DNA from: Sminthopsis crassicaudata | Taxonomy: Eukaryota | NCBI RefSeq assembly: GCF_048593235.1 | Contig: NC_133623.1 | Coordinates: 17,910,211-17,974,210, forward strand | Length of the DNA: 64,000 nucleotides | Reading direction: 5' to 3' | Shown: piece after piece, positions 50,971 through 64,000 of the stretch | Numbering within the stretch: the stretch's first letter is position 1 | Layout of the letters: the number at the start of each line of letters is the position of its first letter | Notes under the pieces: generated by a model | Databases searched by the model: none | Told to the model about the DNA's origin: nothing | The model's input: only the letters and a program-made list of their open reading frames with translations | Translations under genes and position numbers: made by a program

Positions 50971-53900
50971 TCTGATAACCACATTTCAGCATAATTGGTT
51001 TCCTTTATAATGTCATATATCTGACTATATATTTAAATACATGATTCTGAGAAAAAGTCTACCCACATACCTTAATGCCAAAGGCTTCCAAGACATAAAA
51101 AAGGTAAAGAATCCCAGCAATAGATTGATGAACAAATTCCTAATGACAAGTGGGTCTTCAAATGTATCCTGCAAAGAGATAAGAAAGTGAAAGAGAAAGA
51201 AAGAAATGCAGTTCTATAGGTGTTGTCTTCTAAGAAAGAGACTAAATATACTTCATCTGGCCTTAGCTGGAGTGCACATGATTGATCATGGACTGAATGC
51301 CTGGGAGTGATATAGCAATACCAGTCCCAAGCTCATCTGGCTAAATTCCAGGGATTGCCCCTTCCAAGAGTAACGGATGCTCACCCACTATGGACATCTG
51401 AGCTTTAACAGAACTACTCAGCGATTTGTCCTTCATCCTAGGTTTTCATGTTAACAACTCTAGGAATGGTTCTGGCCTCTTGTCATTTATGTCGCATTGA
51501 GATTTCGGGAGGTTGATAAAGGGCCTGGTTTAATGCTGCACAGACAACTCTTCATAAGAGTTACTTAAATATCAACCAGATTCTCATGGACATCTGGACA
51601 ATGGCATTTCCCAATGAAGTAGAGGTAAGGTTTCAGGTAGAAAAGAACAGAATAGCCTGTATGAGCTGTCTGCGTGTATACATTTTACTCTAGTACTTTC
51701 TTAGAGCAAAGTTTAGTTTAACATTTTGTACTTTTAAGAAACTGCCAAAGGCATTTGGGTCAAGGTTGTCTGTGATGTTAGATATGACTGAAACACTTGA
51801 TGGAGCATTTATGCTGCCCTTCCTTTGGTTTTGCTCAGTGTGAAAGAATTAGAAAGGCTAAGGGCTGCTGATGCCCACACACCACACCTCCTTTGCAAGA
51901 GCACAGTGCCACCGGCAAGATAGCCTTTGAGAGTTCAGTTCCTTTCAGTCTTTACCTTTTATCCTGCTGCTACGAACTTTTCAGCACTGTGCTGGGGAGC
52001 ACACTGCCCACTCATCCCCGTAAGATGTGAGAATCTCCCGCAAGGCTCAGCCAGAACTGATAGCAAGGAAATGAGGAAATCACCTTCAAGTGCTTCTCTT
52101 TGAGGCCTTCAGCAATGGTTCCGACCTTTAGTGGGAAGATGAGATTGCTAAAAGCAAGAGAAGGAAAGAGGAGAGTATAAGTTCTGAGGTTAGAAGGAAA
52201 AATGGAGTTGCAAAGGAAGGGGAAGGATATTAGCCCAGCTTTATTAAATCCAAGATTCTTCACTGTTTGTCTTTGAATTTCTTGTGTCGGAAAATATTAA
52301 TGCTTACTAGATAGATGGAGACTAATTGGAATACTTTGGTATAGCTTTTCTATATGTGGCTCAAATGGGTTGATAATTTATAGATATATTTTCCTATTGA
52401 GGTTAAGAAAATAAATGGTGGGTCCCTTAGTCACCATTTCATCAGTCCTCCTCTGTATCTCTTTCTCACAAAATTTAGACTATGCCTGCAAGAGCCAAGA
52501 ATTTCTGAGTCTACAATATTCTTCATCCTTAACCATTGGTTTGTTTGCCTTATTTAATTCTGTCCAACATGGAGGAAATCCCGGCAAAACAGGAAAGTTG
52601 TAGAGGCCCAATAGGATCATAGAATTAAAGCTGGAAGGGACCATAGACACCATCTTTTACTGACCCCCTTGTTTTATAAAAAAGAAAACATTTAAAGAGA
52701 TTAAGAAATTTGCCCAGAATCACCAGGGTCACAATAACTCTGATCGCTATTCTGTAAGAGATGCCCCTTTCCAAGAAAGACACAGAGTCAAATCAATGAA
52801 GCTTTAGAAAGTTTGTCTCTTCTGATATCCAACAACCTCTGTGCTCACAAAGTCTGGACAGAAAGGGGAAGTTTCAACCAAATATCTATTTCACTGGATT
52901 CACATGTTGGGGTGCTTGCTTGCCACCATAGAGATCTAGGTTGCCATTCCTAATCTAAATACCCCCTTGGTCCCGCTATCCTGGAAAGAAGACTTGTAAA
53001 GAAAGATTCCTTATGTTTCTATAGGCCAAAATACCCCATCGAGTAGGAGAATCTGATCCTCTGTTTTTCTAAAAGAGTATACTGTTTATTAATTAACACT
53101 TGATAACACTAAATATTTTCATAATTGAAATTAGTAATGCAGTTACACTCATGCTAATTTTATGGATTTAAAACAGGCACATAGAATAAAAAAAAATAGG
53201 AATGATCATTTTTAAAAAACCACTGGCCAAACTTTGGTTTATCTCTCCTCCCATGTTGATTGGTAACAGATTCCCCTTTTTATGTGCTGAATTCACATCA
53301 ATGTACCATTATTCTGAAATGTCTTAGATAAAAATAAATAAATAAATAAAATAAAATTCCAAATATTTTTCTTAAAAAAAGTATGCTATAGAAAAAAGTT
53401 CTAGTTTGTGCCTGCACATATTTCATATCCATCAAAAATATTCTTTTATCTGATGTGAGATTGTGCTGGGTACCCCTCTCCTCAATAAACATTGTGTTTG
53501 CTTGTTGTCAACTTCTAATTGTGTACTTTTCTCAGTCATAAGATAATAGAGTTTAGCTATTTCAAATTTTATAGTTTCCTAGAACCATAAGAAATTCCAA
53601 AAATTAACCAGGTTTTTACTCAAACAATACATAAGAAGGGTATATGTTGGGGTAGCCATAGGCTTATCTACACCAACTCAAAATAATTGGTGCATATTTG
53701 CTTTAAAGCAGAAATCTTATTTCTTAAAAAGAAGAAACATGGATGAATCACAGAAGGGGAGAGATGGAACGGGCCTTAGATATCACAATAACATGATATT
53801 TAGAAAGACAGGAAACACTACAAAGTTAATTTAACCATATTACAGAGACTATAGCAAAGATATGATAGAGAACCATATGGGTTTGCTAAGCATAAGAAAG

Positions 53901-56900
53901 GCTATCACCTGAGGGGAAAAAACGTCTGTCAATTAACACTGAGCCATGAGGTCAGTGCCTAAGGATTGAGATGTGATCATAGGAGGGGAAAAAAATGGTT
54001 CTAATCTAAGCTGGAGTTTAAACTCCCATATTTATGAACATCAAGTATAGATACTGCCAAGTAACACTGGGACTTTGCCAGCAACCCTGGGTCTGCTTGG
54101 AGCCGTTTCCCTTTTTTCTCTGACATCTCCAGAGAATACTATTCCAATAATAGGAAATTGTTCTATATCACATAGAATTGATATTTATTTCTCCAGAATC
54201 GCAACTCACTCAAAACACTAATTTTCATGTGAATTGGAAAAATGGGTTGGACAACGATGGTGACAATAGAGGGTGTAGGTAATGACTGAAGCACAGAGGA
54301 CCCAGAGATTAATTGACTAAAGTTAGAATTAGAAGGAGGGTTCTCTCTGTGTGATGGTTAAATTTAATTTTTCTCATGGGATGTCTTTCTGGTGATGGTA
54401 GTGGTGTTTGGGGTCACTAAGTATTAGGAACAGGTTGTTTCCACTGAAATTATAGTGAAGTTTTTGGTCCTTAGACAGTCAGACTTATTAACGTCAGAGA
54501 GCAGCTAGATAATATTGACATTCCCCAGTTCTGGATTACCTATTCCCACCCACATACTGGATATGACTGAAAGAACTAATTTGAAAAGCCACAAAGGTAA
54601 ATCAATCTCCATACTTTATAATCATGCCTCATGTGTTACTAGTAAGGCCCCAGAACTGTTCTCTGTCCTAATTAGCGTGCTCCCTGCTTTGAGTTCTGAG
54701 CCTAAAAGGGTCAAAAGCTTTATGTCTAACAACATTCCAAAAAGTTGCAACTAAGCCTTATTGATTTCATTTTGAAATACAAAACACACCCCCACACAAA
54801 CACACCCCCACACATTTTTTTAAGGAAAAACAACAAACTCTATCAAAGGAAAACAATAAAGAGAGGGCAAGGACTACTCAAAATTTATATCTTTCTATCC
54901 CAGCTCTTAACCAAAATGTCATTAATAGAGGAGGCACTAAATAAATGCCTGTTGGACTGGATTGGATTGAAAGAGGTAACAAACAACTGAATGGTTTGAA
55001 TACTAATAAGCAATAATCAACAGTGAACAAAAGGACCTGGCGACTTCTGTGAAGAGCCATGCTTTAGAAAGGCAAATATCCCTAAACATACCTGGCAAGA
55101 TAGATAACAGTCTCTCCCCCCATTCTACCTCATAATATGGACGTGCACATGGGATAGACCGTAAGGGTCAGAACTAGAACCCCTATGACTGTCCATTGAC
55201 AGACATCCATTTCCTGACTATGCAGGAGAATCAAAAGACTGGCTACTATTATGGTAAGGACACATGGGACACGGCGAAGAGGCTCGATCTGCTTGGCTTG
55301 AAAGGGAAAAAGAACTAAGATCCATGCTCAGAAGATACAGACACACAGATTCGGGATGGATACAAATAAAACTGTCTGAACATCTCAAGCTGCTCCCAAA
55401 GTCCTGCAAGTGTTCAAAGCAAGGATTGCAGAACCCCTTGGGCTGCAATAGTTTCTTGCTTAGATTCAGGTTGAAATATATGGTCTTTAAAGTCCCATCC
55501 AGTTCACAGATTTTGGGATCCAATAACATGAATTGGCCCTGTTGTTATAGTTCTTACCAAGAGATGACTAGCAGAAACACTTGCAAGAGGTCTAGAGTCT
55601 GAGAGCAAGATCAAAGAGATTCAAGACCTAGAGGTCAGTGGAAGACAACAACTTCATTAACTAATACATTCAAATAGGTTTTCCCGTGGCCCAAAACCAC
55701 CTCCACCCCCTGTATTTCATTAGGGCTCCCTTGATGACTGATATTAAAGCTTTGCCACTGTCATAATAATAGGGATTTTTAATACTGAAACCCCAACTAT
55801 GCCAAATGTCCAAAAGTGATTTAGGTCTGTCAGTAACTAAAGGGACTTCCTTTAGCCAGATATGGTAAGTAAAAGAGCTTATTTTTCAGGGGTAAAAAGA
55901 AAAAAAATTATTTCTCAAGGCAAGAGACTGTCTTTTACGGGCAGTACAAATCATTGAAACTTAAGCTTATCATATCTTTTGGCTTCTCAACAAGGTATCA
56001 ATGGTTATGTCCACATTTCACAAAAAAAAGAGATGTGTTTAATTGAAAGTTTCCCACCAAGGCTCTTCTCTCTGTAAGCTCATCAGATTGATGAGGGGGA
56101 AGGAATTAAACTCTCCTGTGATGATTCAAATCTTCTTTTATATTCCAATTGTTTTTTGGGGGGAAATAAACTAGAATAAAGCCAAATTACACATTTCTTT
56201 TTTTTTCTAAAAACAAAACAAAAACCCACCAAACAAACATTAAGCATGTCTTAGTCAGTGGTGTTTATTCTTTAATTGAGAAAATATCATTTTCCTACAA
56301 TGAGGTTCTTGATTGGAATTTAAGCAAATTGAGTTTTGGAGTCAGGAAATGTGCTAGCAGAGACTTAACAAAAGAAAGATTAATGTGTCTCCGAACTGCA
56401 TGTGTACAATGAATACCAAAATGAGAGATGCTGCCTGCCACCAAGTGAGCCGAGGAGACTGAGATATTAACATCTTCCAAGGAATTTGATTGTAAAATAA
56501 CTCTGGAGACCATCTAGTACAAAGTCCTGCTGGATAATACTTAGAAAATATTAGGCCTTCACTAAAGTTATGTTTATATTAATGTGTGGTTATTTTCCTG
56601 TTCTGTTATTATTTCCATATTCATTTATATACCTAAAATTTCATGTAAGGATAATTTCTTCCTTCAAGCCACTGAAAACAATAGACATTTTCTCTTCAAA
56701 TCACATCTAAGGGCAAATGTCAAAGTCTGAACCAGGAATCATTTCTGTTCAACATAAGCCTTTCTTTATTCTTTTATTTAAACAACATGGGTTAAATTCG
56801 TGTAGGTTAGGCTCCTGTTTATAACTGTTTGCTGCAGGCACACGATGATGGCTGGTTCCTTATTCAGGGTGACTGCCTTGTACCCTCTATCTCAATATGC

Positions 56901-56908
56901 ACAGAAGC

Positions 56909-57053
56909 NNNNNNNNNNNNNNNNNNNNNNNNNNNNNNNNNNNNNNNNNNNNNNNNNNNNNNNNNNNNNNNNNNNNNNNNNNNNNNNNNNNNNNNNNNNN
57001 NNNNNNNNNNNNNNNNNNNNNNNNNNNNNNNNNNNNNNNNNNNNNNNNNNNNN
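56909..57053. other. Assembly gap (145 N)
   Basis: Run of N. Confidence 1.
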
Positions 57054-57891
57054 CAAAGACAAAAGAAAGAAGGGAGGGAGAAAAAGAAGAGGAGAGGGGG
57101 GAAGAAGGCTATATTTAAGTCTGGGAAGGAGAATCCCAACTAGCCAGAGAAAGACCTGCATTTGCTGCGGACCTGTAGGGATGGGAAGTGCCTAAATCCA
57201 TACATGTACTCATTTCATTCCCACCCCAGTGGCAACACAGCCACTGTCTTCTTTGAGAGAATACAGGAGTTCAATGGGCATTCCAAGTCCTTGTAGATCA
57301 TATCCTAACTCCCTTACCTCTCCCTTCTGAATGCTGCAGCTCCCAGAGGAGGCCTTTACTGATTCAGTCCATAATGGTCTCATGACCACCTGCTCAGAAA
57401 TCATTTGGGACATAGTTTTATTTACTCATCTGTGCACATGTTGCTTCCCCACACAATAGAATGTAAATTCCCTGAGGGTAAGGACATGTTCTTTTCTTTA
57501 TAACTCTTCAACAACTTATGTCTGTCACAAAGTATGCACTTAAGAAGCATTTGATTGCGTCAGTGAGGTAATGTCCTCTAGAAAATGGAGATACTGACAT
57601 GGGCATTGATGCCTGCTGCTATATCTACCCCGCTGGGAAGATGTGAGATCCACATTAAATAATATCTCTCAAACACTTTGCAAACTAAAAATTGCTGTAC
57701 AAATATATGTCAGCTAATATTACTGTTGCTGTTACTCAGATACTCCAATGGATCAGCGCTGTCTTAGTATGGATGCTCCTGCAAACAAAGCAGATCATGT
57801 ACTACCCATGCCTGCCCATTCTATGGGATTCTTGCCTATATCTTCACCAAAATGAATATGGGAGACCACCAACCTCATTATCTTATCCTAT

Positions 57892-58209
57892 TTACACACA
57901 TATATATCATATCTAGGTTATACTGTAACACATGTAAATGTATGGGATTGCCTGTCATGTAGGGGAAGGAGTAGAGGGAGGGAGGGGAAAATATGGAAAA
58001 ATGAATACAAGGGATAATGTTATAAAAAAAATTACTCATGCATATATACTGTCAAAAAATGTATAATTATAAAATTAATTAAAAAAAAAAACCACACCAC
58101 CAACAACAACCCTGGGGAGTATGTGCTATTATTACCCCCACTTTATAGTTGAAGAAATGGAAGCAAATAGTCACCTAACTAATAAATGTCTAAGACTGGG
58201 AAAAAAAAA
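57892..58209 (+). mobile_element. 5'-truncated young L1 3' end carrying a ~110-bp 3' transduction
   Basis: L1 3' UTR end + A-tract + MIR-like segment with aataaa + second A-tract, all inside a perfect 15-bp TSD attatcttatcctat (57877-57891 / 58210-58224). Confidence 0.85.
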
Positions 58210-59214
58210 ATTATCTTATCCTATCCAAAATTGCTTGATAACATTCCTTATTCCACTTGATCTTTCCTGTGGAGATGTCCAGGCCTGAAGTATCATCAAG
58301 GAGGAAGCGCTAAAATATGTTGAGGCTTGATGCAATTCACATAATACAAACTACAAAGAGAAACAACTGGAGAACTCACCCACATATGAGGACTCGCTTC
58401 TTCCCCTGAATTCTGTACTGGATCTCCTCCACCACAGTGGAAAATAATTTTGCCAAGCAGACATACATCTCCTTGTCTTATGCTTCATCAGATGTTTCTT
58501 ATTGGCTGGGTCACTGAAATGAATAATTTCTGTCGTTAGATCTTTTAAGGAATTCAGAACATCTTTGACAAATGGATGAGAGACAACTTCCTATTTAAAA
58601 AAGCTGATAAAAAATTTTTAAAATTAAAAAAAAAAGGCTGATAAAAAAGTATTTTATTCTACCAAATCAAATGCTGTATCACAATTAGCTGGAAATATGA
58701 TGGGATTTTAAGTTTTCTACATCTTCTAGGACATGGTGAGATGGCAATAATATGGTCTATCAGGAACTCTAGCTTCTTTCCTACCCTATATCAAGGATAT
58801 TCTTGCTTAGCGTAGACAATAAGAAATTTGGGTAAATGATAATAGGCAAATTAATCAGCATTAACTGATGTCCCCTCAGTATTAACAAAATCTGAGACTT
58901 TTTTCCATTACCTGCTATCTTCCCTTCCTTCAAATACCAAATAGTCCAACAATGTCCTCACAACTGTGCTGCTTCTAGCAAGGGACTCCTTTACATACAA
59001 ACGTCTAATCCATCTGTTTTTCCCATTTCTGTTCTCTAGTGCCCCTTCTACCTAAAAAGCACATTCAGGCCTGGGGTGCTGTGATCTAAGCATGGTAGAT
59101 GTACTCTTCTTGACTGAAAAAATAATTGACAAAAAGTGTCTTTTGCCAATCTTTTCCACTTTTCTACTGCTTTTAGCTCTCTTTCCTTTTTCATCCCTGA
59201 AAATCCGTGGGAAG

Positions 59215-60540
59215 ACTAACTTTCTCTCTCTTTAAATTTTTATTATTTTATTCTGAATCTAAGTACCAAAAAAAAGACCATTTTCATATACAAAGAAGAG
59301 CTCAAATTGTACATAAAACTATAAATCAACATCTTATACTGCTTGATCTCTTTAAAAAGTATATAATAAATTCCACATATTACTTTCAAAACTCTGCTCA
59401 CCCACATTTCCTTCTAAACTTGTTTCTAGTCTCTTCTGTATATTTTTGTATCCCCAATGGCCCTCGCTGAAGTGAGGGCAAGGGGAGACCATCACTAATA
59501 TTCTTTCCTCAACTCCTTTCCCAGTTAAAGGAAGAAAAAAAAAATTAAGGATAATCAAGGAAAAACTACACCACTACCACCACCACAATGACCATGTCTA
59601 AAAATGTAGATCATGTTTTCATGCTTCCAAAAAGCATGTCCTTCAGAGATATGGTTAGTCATTGTACTGGCAGAATTCTTAAAGTCTTTCAATGTTCTTA
59701 CATAAATTGTCCTTCCACTGTTCACTTCACTCTTCATCAATTCAAGCTTCATTAATTCAAATCATCTCATCATTCCTCAGGGTACAATATTATTTCATAT
59801 ACAACACTTTTTTCAATCATTTTCCAACTGATGGACATATTCAGAGATCCTAGTTATCGCCTTTATTCCCACTTTTAATTCAGGATCAGGAAGTTTGTTT
59901 TACTAGTAAGCTATTCTCCCTTGGTGGTACCCTCCCTCTTAATACCTACCCTCCCTCATGATCAATTTCTGCTTATCTCCAGGTTGTGTTTGATGTATTT
60001 TTATACCAAACTGTATGTGTTCAACTCTCTTTTGTCCATTTCACATAAAATTAAGTTTGGATAAAGACCTCTCCTCCTTTCTCTGTATATGTATACTATT
60101 CTCAGATAATCCAATTACCAGAAATCACTTCACTTCCTTCTTCCTTTCTAAACTGTTATCTTCCATCTACCCTCCCTTTTCTTTCTCCTCTTAAAACCTT
60201 AATAACAGAACCAATGGACGTTCAGATTTATTTTTTGTCATTTAGCTCTCTCCAAGACTTTTTGAAAACAAAGAGGCTCTAGAGAGTATTATTATTATTA
60301 GAGTATTAGCACAGCATCATACAAACCCTCCCATTTGTTTTAGGAAATTTACCTGTTTTTCTTGACTCTGCATGTCTGCATTTCAAAGTTCCTACTTGGC
60401 TCTGTTTATATGTTTTTATGGTAAGCAAGTGGTATGATAAAGATTCTCAGTTTTATATACAGTTTTTTTTCTTTTGGTATATACAGATTCAAATGTTCTT
60501 CTGTAGGGTGTTTTAAGTTCAGAATTTAAAAATTAAAAAG
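59215..60540 (-). mobile_element. Old L1/HAL1-like remnant (3' end, with spacer/ORF1-like sequence)
   Basis: T-rich start and antisense L1-type 3' end (caatcattttccaactgatggaca), followed by pyrimidine-rich spacer-like and ORF1-like antisense sequence. Highly degraded. Confidence 0.5.
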
Positions 60541-63500
60541 GAAACAAAATACTAACATCTGGCAACTGTCAAAGAACTATGATCTCAAAATAGGGATTGT
60601 GTGTATGCTCTACGGCCTTCCCTGCCACTCTTTCACAAGCACTGCAGAGACAGAAAACAGTGGTATTTGTAAAAACCGTTCTTTGTTTCATGTATTTGCC
60701 ACAGTAGAACAATTTCCATCACTGTGTGACCAGACTATTAGTGATGTGCCTTTCCATAATGAACTAGGTCGGTTTTCAGAAAACAATCAATTAGTTATCA
60801 AGGCTTCGCTGGAAGACTTTTTTGCAAAGACAGACCCTGTCTCAGTTAGCCCTGCACTGGAGAAGCTTTCCAAAACACAGAATCACCCATCTCTATGTCA
60901 TAATGAGGGAGCAGAGTCCAAACTGGCTGCTCTCATTCTCACAGTTAACAACAGCAGCACTAATGATCTCTCAAGAAGCGCAGATGGAAAAACCTTCCAT
61001 TGCTGCTCAGCCGATAATTCTCATCCACGCCTTTACACAAATCCTCTATGAACTATTGACCTGAAACAACAAAAGCCATTGGAAAACTCTTTTGAGAAGT
61101 ACCACAGCAAATGATACCACAAAGGGGAGGGGATAATATGTGATCATCCTATATCAATCAATTAGTATTTATTAAGCACCTAGTATGTGTTTGATACTGT
61201 GGGGGATACAGGAGACACAGAAAATATAAAGCATAAAATCTGATTGTACATGGAAAGCACACATCCATGAAGAGCAAACAATACATATATGACCTCATAT
61301 ACCTAATGACTAAACTGTCTGGGGTAGGCAAAGAGAAGTCAAGACCTTGGTATGACCTTGGGCAAATGATTTTATTCTATTCCATGTTGGAAGGAGGAGA
61401 GACAGGAAATTGTTCCACTAGGATATAGCTGCTGTCAAGGAAAGGAAGTAGGCACCCTGCTATCTTCTTACTTCAACTAATTTTTCTTCCTAACCAGATG
61501 CTACCTTGGGATGGTTTCCATGTTGCTGAAAAACTTCAAGTGTTTTCAGGATATACTAAATTCAGTGCTGGGGGACAAAAGCCAGATCAGCCAGCTCTAA
61601 TTAGAGCTCTTCCAATATTATCTCCATCTGAGGAGAGAAAAATTAACCTCTATCGAGCCTAGCAGATCAACACAAGAAAGCCCGATGCTTATTTTCTTTT
61701 ATTCAATTGGAATTAGAAAGAATATTTGTTTCAAGTTGTAAACAAAAATCTATATTTGACAAACTGTCCCCATCTATAAACCACACAAGTCAACCTATAG
61801 ATTTTTATGCCAATACATACCCTGCAAGTTAAATAAATCCTAACTATTATCAGCTTGTTTAATATTGCCACTGGCCTCTTTCTTTTAAAATCCTAAGAGA
61901 GAAAATACACATTATGTTTAACTGAAGATTCTGGTCACTTGGACTCTAGCTCATCAAGATATAACTGTATTAAGGCAAGTACATACCATGAAATGTCAAT
62001 AAGAAAGAAGTATTCCATAGTAGCTGATATCATATAACCTAAGCAAGCTTTCATAAAGTTTAATTTGGCACAGAGCTCAACTCCATTGAAATCAACTGAA
62101 TTGAACGAAAAGTATCTAAATATTAACTATACACACAACACTGTCGGGTGCTCAGGTGGCTAGAAAGGTAGCCCTCAATAAGTTTAAAATATTGTTGGAC
62201 AGAAACATAACTTGCAATTTTTCACTTACGGCAGGCAGTGAAATTGCCGCTTTGGGCGAGTAGCATAAAAGGTACTAACAATAAGTATGATCAACAATCT
62301 TGATTCTGAAGAAGAGATGAGGGTAGGGGACTACACGTACAAGTTGCACATAAAGTTGGATGCCATTAACATATCAGGTGATTTTCCTTAAGCATTACAA
62401 CAGAGAAGGTATCTGGTCAATGTCATAAAAAGAGAAGGCATTAATAGAACTTTTTTGCTTTTTGAAAGTATCCTCAAATCCAGGTAGGAAGAACTACCTG
62501 GTGTGGCCAAACAGGACACAACAACATCTGGTAGCCTCCTATTTTAATTAATCCTTCTAACTGGATGCTGAAAGACTGCAAGCCTTATCAGTATCGTGTA
62601 AATGGCATAGTCATCATTGGCCCAGTTTCAGTATGATAGAGGCCTTCCAGATCACCTGGCCCCAAATATTCAACAGGCAGGAAATGAGTACTAACTACCA
62701 AAAGGAGGACAGAAGCAATCTGACTGCCAAAGAAAGATTACTGAGGAGAAAAACCAGACAAATTCCGAGGAAGGGGAGATCGTTTGAGGCTGGAGCACCC
62801 AGAGAAAGGAGACAACAAAGAAAAAGTGGGACTGGAATCAAAGCCCCAAAGGACGAGTATGGCTTCAGAAAGGCTGCTTCTACATCTTCACAGTAGGAGG
62901 CTTATGTCTTTACCCTATGGCGACAATTTCCCCTATAATCTCAAGGAACATTAACAGATGTACTCTGGAGTTGCCATCCAGAGAACACATATATTTTTAG
63001 TAGGTAATTTGAATGAGCTCCCAGCTGGGGATTTTGTTTTTCGAAGCATTCAAAGATGCTTAAACATGACAGCGATAAAATGCTACTTTCATAAACACAA
63101 GGCTAAAGGCTGTTGGGGTCAAGGGAAATGGAATCAATCCATTTAATAAGGAGACTTGGGTACTTGGCCCCCATTGGTGCTAATGAGAGCCATGTGGCTA
63201 AATCCCTACCCATCAAGATGGTCCTGGAGGTTTTCTTGGCTACTTAAAGAGAAGGCAAACTGTGCAAACAGGGGAGGAAAAAAATACCCAAGCTGCCCAT
63301 TTTCATCATTATTGCTGATTGGCAAGGAGAACAAAGGTCTTTGGGCTCCCATATATACAATTTTTCAGTCTTAGAATTAACCTTAGAAAGAATCATCCCA
63401 TCAGGCAAAATCCGCTGCTTTGGAAAGGCTGAAGTTTTTGTTGTTGGAGGTTTTTTCCTTGTCTGCTCTTGTCCATGCTGATCATGTAAACAACTCCTTC

Positions 63501-64000
63501 CTCCCCGGGTGGGCTGTTGCTCAGGCTTGCTTTGCCTTTAACAACCATCTAACTGAACGATAATAATCAATACTGCCAGCCAAGTATAATGGGGGGAAAG
63601 GGTATTTAGGTCATTAAACATCAATAGACAGAAATGGAAAAGCAGCACCTCACATCATTAAGATGATTAGGAGCATACCATGCTTCCTGGTACAACATCT
63701 CAAATGAACACCCAAGGAGCTTCTCTTGCTAGGGAGCTGAAACACGAGAAAAGGAGCTGAGGACACAGATTTGGGCAGTAATTTTCCACTGAGCCCACAA
63801 AGGCAGGAACATCTTTTCCCCAAAGGACTTAAGAAAACTTTGATCCAAAGCATAACTCCTTCTCTTTATCAAGTGGTCACACCAGAATTCACAATCAAGA
63901 AGGACGTTATCCAGCTCTGCCTGCTGTGTCAGTGTCAAATGCAGAGGTGAGGCAATTAGGTATCTGAATTGGAGGGTGTTGCCAGTCCATCTAAACTTCA

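Noticed and set aside
50495-57195. ORFs containing long X runs
   Set aside because: Artefacts of translating through the two N gaps.
1-64000. CRISPR arrays, rRNA, tRNA genes or prokaryotic systems
   Set aside because: None seen. The sequence is mammalian, and the only tRNA-like motifs are SINE A/B boxes.

Overview
Mammalian genomic DNA, most likely from an Australian dasyurid marsupial. This is inferred from recalled repeat families: marsupial-type L1, a WSINE1-like CORE-SINE, an OC1-like hAT MITE, and RTE/WALLSI-like elements. The window is repeat-rich, with no host gene I can name. It opens with a near full-length LINE-1 (1-6302) carrying uninterrupted ORF1 (386 aa) and ORF2 (1277 aa), separated by a 523-nt spacer that contains no ATG. 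After it come nested older L1 remnants, several short young L1 3' ends with clean target-site duplications (TSDs), two probable solo LTRs with 6-bp TSDs, ancient CR1/L3, L2, MIR and RTE remnants, a degraded processed TPM3-like tropomyosin pseudogene (48674-49176), microsatellites and two assembly gaps. Best observations: the AUG-free, splice-acceptor- and G4-containing inter-ORF spacer of the intact L1; an L1 3' transduction at 57877-58224 that used an AATAAA inside a MIR; and an OC1-like MITE nested in L1. A strong plus-strand bias of L1 insertions, plus several candidate minus-strand exons, hints at an unrecognised minus-strand gene (low confidence). Repeat family names come from recognition, not database searches, and the boundaries of old elements are approximate.
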